In this document: piece after piece, positions 49,769 through 60,365 of the stretch
Numbering within the stretch: position 1 is the stretch's first letter
Layout of the letters: each line of letters starts with the position of its first letter
Virus genome (UHGV): UHGV-0021788
DNA: 64,000 nucleotides
Strand: one strand, 5' to 3'
From: a virus
Translations under genes and position numbers: made by a program
The notes under the pieces: generated by a model
What the model saw: the letters and a program-made list of their open reading frames with translations, nothing else
Database searches by the model: none
What the model was told of the DNA's origin: nothing

Positions 49769-52700
49769 AAAACCCAAGCCGGTGTATTCCAAGCATTGAT
49801 GACAGGTTGGGAAAGAGTTCGTCAATTCCAAAAAGAATACAATGAAGGTTGGATGATAGGTTCAGCCCAAAGAGAAAATGAAATCTTTATGGATTCCATT
49901 GCTGGTAAAATGAATACTTTAAAAGAAAATCTTAAAGGATTATTAACTAGCAATGTTACAACAGATATGTTTAAAGGTCTATTAGATGGTGCTAATAAAG
50001 TAGTAGAAGCAGTAGGAAAAATAAGTTCAAGCTTAGGTAAAATTGGTTCAGCTGGTGCTTTAGTAGGTATTTCATCTTTCGTAAAAACTTTAGCAAATTT
50101 GGATAAAGCTAAAACAATAGGTGGTGGTTTTACAGGATTTGATAAAGTTTTAGAAGTAATACAAGGTACTGCTGTTACTTCTTCTGGTGAAATAAAAACA
50201 CTAGGCGATAGTTTTAAAGAATTAGGTGTTAAGACAACTCTATCTAAAGTAGCATTAGGATTATTTAAAGGTGTATTAATGGGTATTGCATTTACTGCTG
50301 TTGTTAAAGGAATAGATGCTATGGTAAAAGCATGGGATAATTATATTCATGCAACAGAAAATGCAGTAAAGGCTTCTAAGGAAAGACAAGATGGATTTAG
50401 AGATGAAGCACAAACATTAAGTACTAAAAAATCAAGTCTACAAGAAATAGCTAAAGAATATGATAATTTAAATAATAAATCTGATAAAACTGCTGAAGAT
50501 TTAACTAGATTAAATGAATTAAAACAACAAATAGGACAAATAGCTCCTGACCTTGTTAAAGGATATGATTCAGCAGGTAATCCAATATTAAATCTTACTA
50601 CTAGTATGCAAGGTTATATAGCTGAATTAGATAAAGCAATTGCTAAACAACGAGAATTATATAATTATGAAACTAAAAAACAAGCACAAGAATACATGAA
50701 GAAAAATGACACTAAAAATGGTGCTCAAGACCCAGATAGGAATTCTTATGAAACTGAATTAAATCATCTTCAAAATGCAAATGATAGAAAAACTAGAGAA
50801 GAAAAAAGATATACTGGTAGCTTAAAAAATATTATTAAAGATAGAAATAAATATAGAGAAGACCAAGAAAAAAGCATTAATGAAAGATTAGAAAGGATTA
50901 GAAACGCACAAACAGAAGTTAATAATAGAGATGCTACAATTGAAGATAATTATGTTAACGAATTTAATAAGAAAACCAAATTAGCTGAAAAAGAACAAAA
51001 TAAATTTGCTACCTTTATGAAAGGGTTAAATTGGGGTACTTATGGCGAAGCAGAAGCCAATAGAATGTCTAAAGGTTTACAAAAATTATCTGAAAAGACT
51101 GCATTCACAACTCAAGAGATGACAAAAGGATTATCAGGTAGTCTATCAAAAAAAGTTTCAGAAGAAATTTCTAAAGTAAATGCAGAATTCAAAAAAACAA
51201 ATGCTGTAAATGAATGGGGAAAAGGTTTAAGAAAAATAGCTAATGAAACAGGAAAATTTGATTTTTCAAATTGGAGTAATTACTTATCAGAAGTTCAAAC
51301 TCGTTTTGAACAAGGAGTAAGTACTAATGAACAATATACACATTCATTAGGAATTATGGCTGATGCTATGGAAGATTTAACTGGTATAGATTCAGATGTA
51401 TTCTTACCAGCTTTAAAAGGTGGAGCAGATTTAGAAGAAGCCTTTAAATCAGCAACTGAAGGCTTAAATGGTTTTATGAGTGCTTATGGTTCTTCTACTG
51501 CAAAATTACAACAAGGTGATTCATTTGCTAAAAAATTAGAATCTCAATTTAAAGAACTTCAAAATTTTGAAACTGAATTTGAAGGTCAATATGAGATGCA
51601 AGGTAAAGTTAGTGTAGATTGGTTAGTAGAACAAAAAGATAATGAAGATTTACCTAAGCAATTAAGAACTATAATAGATGCAGTAACAAAAGATGGAGAA
51701 GTAACAGAAGTAGAAGAAAAATTAGTATTAGCTTGTGAAACAGAAATAAAAGATAAAGGTAAATTAGAACAAAGCACAATAGATGCAATAAATCAAGTTA
51801 TGGATGGAACATGGGATGTAAATAAAACTATTGAAATAGGTGGTATGGAATTTACATCATCTGAAATAAGAGAATTAATGTCATTGGCAGACCAATTAGG
51901 TATATCTTTAGAAGGTTTAAATATTGGTGATACAGGATTAGAAGGAGAAAATCAAAAAGCTCAAGCATTAAAAGATACAATAGATTCAATTACAGATAGA
52001 GATATAAAAGTAGCAATAGAAGCAGAAGGATTTGAGAATTCAGACCAAGTTAACAACATAATGACAGTTATTGACCAAATAGATGGAAAACAAGCCAAAG
52101 TCGATTTTATAGCAGATGCTTCTCAATACTTTATGGAAAATGATAGTGTTGAATCAGCAATAAAAGCTATGCCTGATGAAATAAAACTTAAATATAATAT
52201 TGGTGTTGAAGGCGATGAAAGACTAGAAGGAATACAAAGTAGACTTGAAAAATTACCAAAAGATATTAGAACTATGGTATATGCTCAAACATATGGTGTT
52301 GAAAATGTTGAAATGCTAGAAAACATAGTAGATGCTTTTGGTGGAAAAACTGCAACAGCAATATTACAGTTAGATGGTATAGATGAAGCTCTTAGAAATG
52401 CTAGTACATTTGAGGAACAATTAAAAATAATTGGAGATTTTATATGTCAACCTGGAGTAGAAATAGAAGGTAAAGATGACATAATTAAAACAATTGATGA
52501 AATATTAAAGAAATTAAAAGAAACAGATGAAAAAGAAAGTAATCCTAAAATAAATGTAGAAGGAGATACTTCTGGTGCAGAGAAAGTAGAAAAAGAAGTA
52601 GACAATGTAGGCAATAAAAAAGGTACTGCTAAAGCAGATGTGGATGGAGATACTTCTGGTGCAGAGAAAGTAGAAAAAGAAGTAGACAATGTAGATGGTA

Positions 52701-55700
52701 AAGAAGGTACTGCTAAGACAAAAATAGAAGGAGATACTTCTGGAGCTGAAAAAGTAAAGAAAGAAGTAGATAATTTAGCTGTCAACAAAAAAGGTACGGT
52801 TACTTTATTAGTAAATGGTCAAGAAAAAATAGCTGAAGCTAAAGTTGTCAAAGGTCAATTAGAAGTAGATGGTAAAGCAGTTACAAGTATTTCTGTTAAT
52901 GGTAAAGACCAATTACCAATAGCTATTAATGAAAAAGGTCAATTAGAAGTAAATGGTCAAGCTATAACTGATGTAACTGTAAAAAATGGAGACCAATTAA
53001 AATTAACAAGAAATGAAAAAGGTCAATTAGAAGTAAATGGTCAAGCTATAACTGATATCAAGGTATATGGGAAAGAAAATGTTAAAGATGCAAAAAAAGA
53101 TGTTGATGATTTAACCAAAGATAATAAAAATGTTAGTATTAACATTGATGTTTCATTAAAAGAAACTGTTGGTGAAATATTATCAAGATTTGGATTAAAT
53201 AAGAAAACAGAAAATGTTGAAATTAATGTAACATGTAATGATAATGCAACTCCAGTATTAGAAAAAATAATGGCAAGACAAGATAAAACTATACAAATAA
53301 AAGTAGACTGCCAAGATAATGCAACATCTAAAATAAACAGTATAGCTAAAATAGGAAATAAAACTGTAACAGTTACAATAAATTGTCAAGATAATGCAAC
53401 ATCTAAAATAAACAGTATAGCTAGTATGGGTAATAAATCTGTAACAGTTACAATAAATTGTCAAGATAATGCAAGTTCTACAATAAATAGAGTTACAAGT
53501 GCACCTTCTTCTAAAGCAATAAATGTTGTAGTAACTTGTACAAATGGTGGAGCAGTTCTTAATACTCTTTCTCAATTAGCTAGTAAAGTAATACCTAGTA
53601 AAAAATTTACTATAAACTGTACAGATAGTGCTAGTAGTGTAGTAAGTAGAGTTAATGGTTTAAAAATATCTGATAAGAAATTTACTATAAATTGTACAGA
53701 TAATGCAACTGCTAAAATAAATAAAGTTATTAGTAAAAAAATACCAAATAAATCATTTACTATAAGTTGTACTGATAATGCTAGTAGTAAATTAAGTAGT
53801 ATTATAAGTAAAATAAGTAATATTCGTAGTAAATCAGTAACAATTACTACTAATCATGTAAGCACAGGCGACCATTCATCTGTTGGTGAACCAACAATTG
53901 TTGATTTACAACCTCAACCATTTAGTAGTACTCAAGCTTCTAATCCTCAAGTGCAATCATTAGGAGAACAAGTTCAAGTATTAAGCGATAGTGTGCAACA
54001 ACAAACTGACAACAATAATGAAGTTAGCGTAATGGCTAAGAAAACATATAAAGCTAATATTGATACAGGTTTAACAGTAAGTGCAGTTAAATATAATATT
54101 GATTTATTAACTAACATGACTAATATGCTTAAAAAATTAGGAACTCAAGTTGATATATTAAAAGCTAAACAAGAAAGAACTTGGGGTACTGCAAGTGCTA
54201 AGTTACTTAGAAATCAAATTTCTTTACTAACTAAACAACAAGATTTAACTAAAATAAATATTAAAAACATGGAAGGTATGGCTAAAAAACTTAAAGGTAG
54301 TTTACAAAAACAAGGATTTAAGTTTAAAGATGATGGAACTATAAGTAATTACAATAGTAAGCTTATAAAAATGCAAAAAAATGTTGAAAGTTTAGAGAAA
54401 GCTGAAAAAGCACTAGAAGACCAAATAAGTAAAACTGAAAAACAAATTTCAAAATCTGAAAAGAAATCTTCAAGTAAGAAGAAATCAACTAGTAAGAAAA
54501 AGAAAAGTACTAGTAAGAAAAAGAGTACGAGCAAAAAGAAGAAAACTTCAAGCAAGAAGAAATCAACTAAGAAAAAGAGCACTAAGAAGAAAACTACTAA
54601 GAAGAAGAGTGCTAGTAGAAGCAATAGAAAAACTACATCAAGTAAAGCTAGTAAAAAGAAGACTACTAAGAAGAAAAAATCAACTAGTAAGAAAAAAAGT
54701 ACATCAACTAAGAAGAAGAGTACTAAAAAGAGTACTAAAAAGAAGACTACTTCTAAGAAGAAATCAACCACTAAGAAGAAAAGTACATCTTCAAGCAAGA
54801 AATCAAAAGCAACTAAAGCATTAGAAAAGAAAAAGAGCGGATTAGAAAAGAAAAAGGATGCAATAAGCAAACAATTAGAAAAAGCACAAAAAGAATTATC
54901 AGAAACTCAAAGCAAATTAAATGAATATTATAATTTACAATTTAGTGAAATTCCTGAAGCTCAACAACAATGGGAAGAATATGCTAATGCTATAGCAGAA
55001 GCTAAGGCAGAAATAATTAGATGTGAATTAGAAGCTAAAACATTCTTTAAGACAGTTAAGATGGAAATGAAAGATGCTATGATTAGCAGAAATGAAACTT
55101 GGGCAGATACATTTATGTTGAAGGCTGATTTAAGTAGTTGGTCTAAAGCAATAGGATATATTAAAGAAGCTAATAAATTATTAGCAAAAAATCAACAACA
55201 TCAACAATCAAAATTAGAAACAGCTCAAGCAAGAGCAGAAGATAACAAGGCATTTTTAAAGAAACAAGGATTTAAATTTGATAAAAATGGATATGTAACA
55301 GGTGCTGAAAAAACTTTACAAAAACTTAAAAAGAAGAAATCATCACAAGAATATGATGCTATAAAAGAAGCATTTGATAGTTATGTTGATGATATGTATG
55401 AAAATATTCCCAAAGCTGAAAATGAATGGTGGAAATTAGAACAGGAAATAAAAGAAAATGAAAGACAAATAAAAGAAACTACTAAATCTATGAATGATTT
55501 AGTTAATTCAGCTAAAGTAGATAAATTAACTAGACAATTTGATGTACTTTCAAATACTTTAGATATATTAGACCTTAAAATGGAACGTGCTTATGGAGCT
55601 AATAAAATAGACTATATGAAACAACAACTTGATATATTATCTAATATGAAAAGTAAGAATCAAGAAATCATTAATCAAAATACTGAGTTATTAAATAATA

Positions 55701-56615
55701 GTAAGAAACAATTAGTTAAATATGGCATTACATTTGATGAAGATGGCAATATAGACAATCTATCAAAAGCATTGAAAAAATTAGATAATCTACAAGATAT
55801 GGAAGATTTAAAAGATTTAGCTGATGAATATAATGATTATAAAGATTCAATAGATGATGCTAGTAAATCAATTGAAGAAGAAACTAATAAACAACTTGAA
55901 TTAAAAGATTCAATGATGGAAATTAGAGAAGAAATGAGAAAACTTAGAGATGATGCATGGGTTAAAACTTATGAAAATGGTCTAAAAGTTATTCAAAATC
56001 GTATTGATACAATAGATTCTTTATTAGATTTAGAAGATGAAAATCAATTTAGTTTACTAAATCAAAAAATTGAAGAATATAAGAATTTAACTAAAGCGAC
56101 TGAGGATAGTTTGGCTTATCAAAAACATAGAAAAATCACTATGCAAAAAACATTGATTGATTATGGTTTCACTATTAATGATGATGGTACAATAGATGGA
56201 ACTGCTAATAAATTAGAACAACTTAAAAATACATTATCTGAAACTGAATTTGGTATAGTAAGTGATACATTAGAAGATTATTTTGATACTGCTTTAGATA
56301 CAATTCCTGAATTAGAAAGAGAATTAATAAAATATCAAAAAGATTTAAAAGATATACAAAATACTAAACTAGAAAAGACTAAAACTATTGAAGAAAAAAT
56401 TACTGAAATATATAACGATGAAATAGATAAAAGAACTAAAAAGATACAAGAAGAAGCAGAAGCACAAACTAAAGCACTTAATAAAGCCAAAGAATCTTAT
56501 CAGAGATGGAGAGACGAAGTTGACTATAAAGATGATTATAATAAACAATTAAAAACTGTTGAAGATTTACAAAAGAAAATAGAAATAGCAAAACGAGATG
56601 ACAGCCTAACTGGGT
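49769..56615 (+). CDS. TMP main exon (~2282 aa)
   Basis: Open frame from the intron-J terminal G (upstream of annotated 49796 start) to 'DSLTG'; TM-like hydrophobic hairpins near the N-terminus of this exon ('LGLFKGVLMGIAFTAVVKGI'), long coiled coils. Confidence 0.7.
52557..52800 (+). repeat. Three tandem ~84-nt in-frame repeats in TMP ('EGDTSGAEKVEKEVDNV..K.GTAK')
   Basis: Copies starting at about 52563, 52646 and 52730. Confidence 0.75.
52845..53060 (+). repeat. Tandem 'KGQLEVNGQAITD..V' repeats in TMP
   Basis: 'gaaaaaggtcaattagaagtaaatggtcaagctataactgat' duplicated (52930, 53015) plus a diverged first copy. Confidence 0.7.
53215..53840 (+). repeat. ~9 tandem Cys-containing ~20-aa repeats in TMP ('TINCQDNATSKINSIA' / 'FTINCTDNA..K...')
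   Basis: Repeated 'aattgtcaagataatgcaa' / 'aattgtacagataatgc' units. Confidence 0.7.
54460..54820 (+). repeat. Lys/Ser/Thr low-complexity tract (~120 aa of 'KKKSTSKKK...') inside TMP
   Basis: Continuous 'aagaagaaatcaactagtaagaaaaag' style repeats; composition almost purely K/S/T. Confidence 0.8.
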
Positions 56616-56825
56616 AATGTTGCCCTAGTCGTAAAGTAATTTGCGACTGAAAATAGATTTAATTGCAGGTAATCCCTAAAGCTCTACACCACAATATATC
56701 TGAAAAGAATATATGAAGGTACGAAAGTAGAAAAAACGTAGAGATTCTCATATGGTTAAATCCTAAGTGAGAGTAACAATGGGTGTTCATGCAAGGAAGA
56801 TTCTAAATTAAATTATTTTAAATAT

Positions 56826-56877
56826 TTTACTTTTAATAAAATAAGCAGTATAATATAAATAAGGAAGGGGTGAAATT
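56826..56877 (+). promoter_or_regulatory. Conserved promoter + RBS cassette (copy 9)
   Basis: 'ttttacttttaataaaataagcagtataatataaataaggaagggg'. Confidence 0.6.
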
Positions 56878-58002
56878 ATGAAAACTAAGTGGACAAAAGA
56901 AGCAATAATAAAATATATAGAGGAACAAGATTATATTTTTATAAATTTTATAAAATTTGATAAATTAAGCTCAAGAATATTAATAAGATGTAATAATAAA
57001 AAGCATAAACCATATGAAGTTACTTTTGCTAATTTCAAAACTGGGAAAAGATGTCCAAAATGCAGTGAAATAAAAAGAAGAAAAAAAAGAACAATATGGA
57101 ATAAAGAAAAAATAATTGATTTTGTAGAAGATAATAACTATGAATTTATTGAATTTGTTAAATTTGATAAAATTGAAAGTATAATTAAGGTATGGTGTAA
57201 AAATTTAAAACATGAACCATATAATGTTAAATTTGCAAATTTTAAAAATGGACAAAGATGTAGAAAATGTTCTGATGAAATAAAAAGTAAAAAATTTTCG
57301 CATAATTATGAATATGTCAAAGAATATATTGAATCATTTGGATATAAAATGTTATCAAACGAATATATAAATTTACATAGCGAAATAAAAATATTATGTG
57401 ACAAACATGGGATATATAAGACAACATTTCAATTATTTAAAATGGCGAAATATAAATGCCCAAAGTGTTCGGATGAACATAGAGGAGAATATCATAAATT
57501 AAATTATGAATATATTAAAGAATATATTGAATCATTTGGATATGAAATATTATCAAATGAATATATAAATATGAAAACAAATATATTGGTAAAGTGTCCA
57601 AATGGTCATAAATCATATTTTACTAATTTTGATAGGTTTAAAAGAGGAGACAGATGCCCTTATTGTAACGAATCTAAAGGTGAGAAAAAAATTAATGAGA
57701 TTTTAAATAAATATAATATGAATTTTAAATCACAATATAAATTTAATAATTGTAAAAGTAAAAGAGAATTACCATTTGATTTTTATATATCTGATTTAAA
57801 TATAGCGATAGAATATGATGGAATACAGCATTATAAAATAATAGAATATTTTAGTGGACTTGATGGTTTCATAACCACTAAAATACATGATGTTATAAAA
57901 ACAAGATATTGTGAAGATAATAATATAAAATTAATTAGAATACCGTATTGGGAATATGATGATATAGAAAGTATATTAATAAAAGAACTTAATTTAAAAT
58001 AA
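56878..58002 (+). CDS. Intron-encoded modular homing endonuclease: 4 Cys/His repeats + Vsr/DUF559-like nuclease
   Basis: 'ELPFDFYISDLNIAIEYDGIQHYK...NIKLIRIPYW'. Four ~65-aa repeats each with C/H...C..C ('CPKCSE', 'CRKCSDE', 'CPKCSDE', 'CPYCNESKGE'). Confidence 0.65.
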   Translation: MKTKWTKEAIIKYIEEQDYIFINFIKFDKLSSRILIRCNNKKHKPYEVTFANFKTGKRCPKCSEIKRRKKRTIWNKEKIIDFVEDNNYEFIEFVKFDKIESIIKVWCKNLKHEPYNVKFANFKNGQRCRKCSDEIKSKKFSHNYEYVKEYIESFGYKMLSNEYINLHSEIKILCDKHGIYKTTFQLFKMAKYKCPKCSDEHRGEYHKLNYEYIKEYIESFGYEILSNEYINMKTNILVKCPNGHKSYFTNFDRFKRGDRCPYCNESKGEKKINEILNKYNMNFKSQYKFNNCKSKRELPFDFYISDLNIAIEYDGIQHYKIIEYFSGLDGFITTKIHDVIKTRYCEDNNIKLIRIPYWEYDDIESILIKELNLK

Positions 58003-58175
58003 TTTAACATGAATAACCTTCAACGACTAGAATGCGAATTCGTAGGGTGTAAGTGATTGACACTCGAAAAGGTCTACCCTTAATATTAAGGTGAAGAAAT
58101 AGTCTAGTCTCATATGAAAGTATGAGCAGTTCATAAGAGAACGGTATATGTTTAGCGAACATATATGAATATAAG

Positions 58176-58795
58176 CGCAAAAACGTTTAGCTGATTTGAT
58201 GAAGGAATTAAAAGAAGAACAAGAAAATCTTGAAGATTTAGTTCAAGACAAAATAGATTCGGATATAAATAACATGTTTGATGACCAAATAGACAAGATA
58301 GAAGAAAATTCTGATGAAGAAGTTAAGAATTTGGAAAAAACATGGTCAGAAAGCAAAATAGCTGAAATGGTTAAACAAGCACTCGATACTGGAGTCTTTA
58401 CAGATATTGATGGAAATATCAAAACTCTTCAAACAGCATTAATGGATTTTGCTAATACAAGTTCTGATTATTTTGGAGTTATGGGTAGTTCATTAAAGAA
58501 AGAATTATTAGACAATCTTAATGTAGCATTGGAAACTATGAAAGAACTTCAAAAAATGTCAGATAATTATACAGCTCCTAATATAGATTATAGTAATACG
58601 GTACTTCCAAAAGATAGTACTATTAATACTTCTCCACAAGTTTCTAGTAATGTTGAAACTAATAATATTACAATTGGAGATACAAATATTACAATTCAAG
58701 GTAGTGCAGATAATGTTACTTTAGGAAAAGTAGATGAAATGTTAAAAGATTACAAAGCAAGTATTTGTAAGGAAATTGTTAAAAATATGAAATAA
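58176..58795 (+). CDS. TMP terminal exon (~206 aa)
   Basis: Open frame from the intron-K terminal G; annotated ORF 58196..58795 is its 3' part; terminator follows. Confidence 0.65.
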
Positions 58796-58801
58796 ATTTA
58801 C

Positions 58802-58840
58802 GAAGGAAGGGTTAAAATATAACTCTTCCTTCTTATTTTA
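58802..58840 (+). terminator. Rho-independent terminator after TMP
   Basis: 'gaaggaagggttaaaatataactcttccttc' followed by 'ttatttta'. Confidence 0.7.
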
Positions 58841-58871
58841 TATATGTAAGATAAAAGAAAGGAGAAAGAAT

Positions 58872-59582
58872 ATGGCAAAGCCTGATTATTTAAAATTTAA
58901 AATATGTAGTACTTGTAAAAACATATTGCATATAAGTAAATTTAATAAAAATAAAAAATGTAAATATGGGGTTTCATCTCGATGTAGAGAATGTGATAGA
59001 AAATATCATAAAAAATATTATGAGAATAATAAAGAAAAAATAATAGAAATAAATAAAGAATATTATAAGGATAATAAAGAAAAAATTTTAGAATATCATA
59101 AGGAATATTATGAAGACAATAAAGAAGAAATCTATAAAAGAACAAGACAATATGCAATTGATAATAAAGAGAAATCTAATGAATATAAAAGAAAATATAA
59201 AAAAAATAATCCTGATAAAATATTTAATGATAGTATAAAAAGAAGATTAAATGAAAAAACACAAGGTAACGGAATCACTAAAGAACAATGGTATGAAATG
59301 ATGAAATTTTTTGATTGGAAATGTGCTTATAGTGGAGAATATATAGGTGGAAATAATGATAATAGAACCATAGACCATATTGTACCTTTAAACAATAGTG
59401 GAGAACATGAAATTTGGAATTGTGTACCTATGTATCAACCTTACAACAGTGGGAAACGTGATAGAAATATGTTAGAATGGTATTTAAAACAAGAATATTT
59501 CTCAATAGAAAAATTAACTAAAATATATGAATGGAGAATATATGCATATAATAAATGGGGTGATGATATAAATGGCAAGTAG
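58872..59582 (+). CDS. Free-standing HNH endonuclease with N-terminal Zn-ribbon and Tyr-rich tandem repeats
   Basis: 'CSTCKNILHISKFNKNKKCKYGVSSRCRECD'; repeats 'NKEKI(I/L)E..KEYY.DN'; HNH core 'DHIVPLNNSGEHEIWNCVPM...N..K'. Confidence 0.7.
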   Translation: MAKPDYLKFKICSTCKNILHISKFNKNKKCKYGVSSRCRECDRKYHKKYYENNKEKIIEINKEYYKDNKEKILEYHKEYYEDNKEEIYKRTRQYAIDNKEKSNEYKRKYKKNNPDKIFNDSIKRRLNEKTQGNGITKEQWYEMMKFFDWKCAYSGEYIGGNNDNRTIDHIVPLNNSGEHEIWNCVPMYQPYNSGKRDRNMLEWYLKQEYFSIEKLTKIYEWRIYAYNKWGDDINGK

Positions 59583-60354
59583 TTTTTGGAATGGTAGCTT
59601 TTATTTCAATAATGTATATTCTGAAACTTTCAATGTTGTAATAATTGATTTTGATAGTTCGGATAGACTAAAACAAATAGGAAGTACAATTAATATAGAA
59701 TTAAATGAAGAAAATACACTTAATGGAAAAAAGAGTTATATTGAAGGAACTCGCACTTCTGAAAATATAATTTTACAATTAATGAAAAAAAATGGTGATA
59801 TATGGAGTGATGGAGATATAATCAATGTATATAATTGGTTATTCCAAAAAGATTTTAAAAAATTCCAAACAGTAGATTATTCTAGTGGATATAATCTATG
59901 TTATTATTTAAAAGCAGTAAGTTTTTCAAAATTTTTAACTCCTGATTTTAGGGGTTATTTAGAAATAGAATTTATGAGTTATGCTCCTTATTGCTATTCT
60001 ATACCAACAAACAGACTTAGTTTGAGTGCCAATGGTCAATCAGGTGTTTTATTTAATTATAGTAATCTATATGAAACATATAAACCAAAAATTAAAATAA
60101 CTGCTTCAAATAGTGATAGTATTAAAATATTAAATAATACAAATGGTACTTTTGTAGAATTAAGTGGATTAAACAATGGAGAAATGGTTACGGTAGATTG
60201 TGCTATGGGAACTGTAATAAACAGTGGTGGAGCTAATAGATTTGAAACATTAAAAAATTATAATTTATTAGAATTAGATAAAGGAAATAATAATATAACA
60301 CTTACTGGAAGTGCAAATATAGAATTTATTTGCGAATTTCCTGTAATTATATAG
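59572..60354 (+). CDS. Distal tail protein (Dit-like, 260 aa)
   Basis: Position immediately after TMP; size; overlapping start (coupled). Confidence 0.5.
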   Translation: MASSFWNGSFYFNNVYSETFNVVIIDFDSSDRLKQIGSTINIELNEENTLNGKKSYIEGTRTSENIILQLMKKNGDIWSDGDIINVYNWLFQKDFKKFQTVDYSSGYNLCYYLKAVSFSKFLTPDFRGYLEIEFMSYAPYCYSIPTNRLSLSANGQSGVLFNYSNLYETYKPKIKITASNSDSIKILNNTNGTFVELSGLNNGEMVTVDCAMGTVINSGGANRFETLKNYNLLELDKGNNNITLTGSANIEFICEFPVII

Positions 60355-60365
60355 TAGGTGATTAA

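Larger units (their letters stand above)
56616..58175 (+). mobile_element. Group I intron K (family 1 variant, as intron B) carrying a Vsr-like homing endonuclease gene
   Basis: P 'taattgcaggtaatccc' (56660), Q 'gggtgttcatgcaaggaagattc' (56781), ORF, R 'accttcaacgactagaatg' (58018), S 'aagaaatagtctag' (58088), 3' 'gaatataag'. Junction 56615(U)|58176 gives '...DSLTG-S-QKRLADLMKEL...' in frame. Confidence 0.8.
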
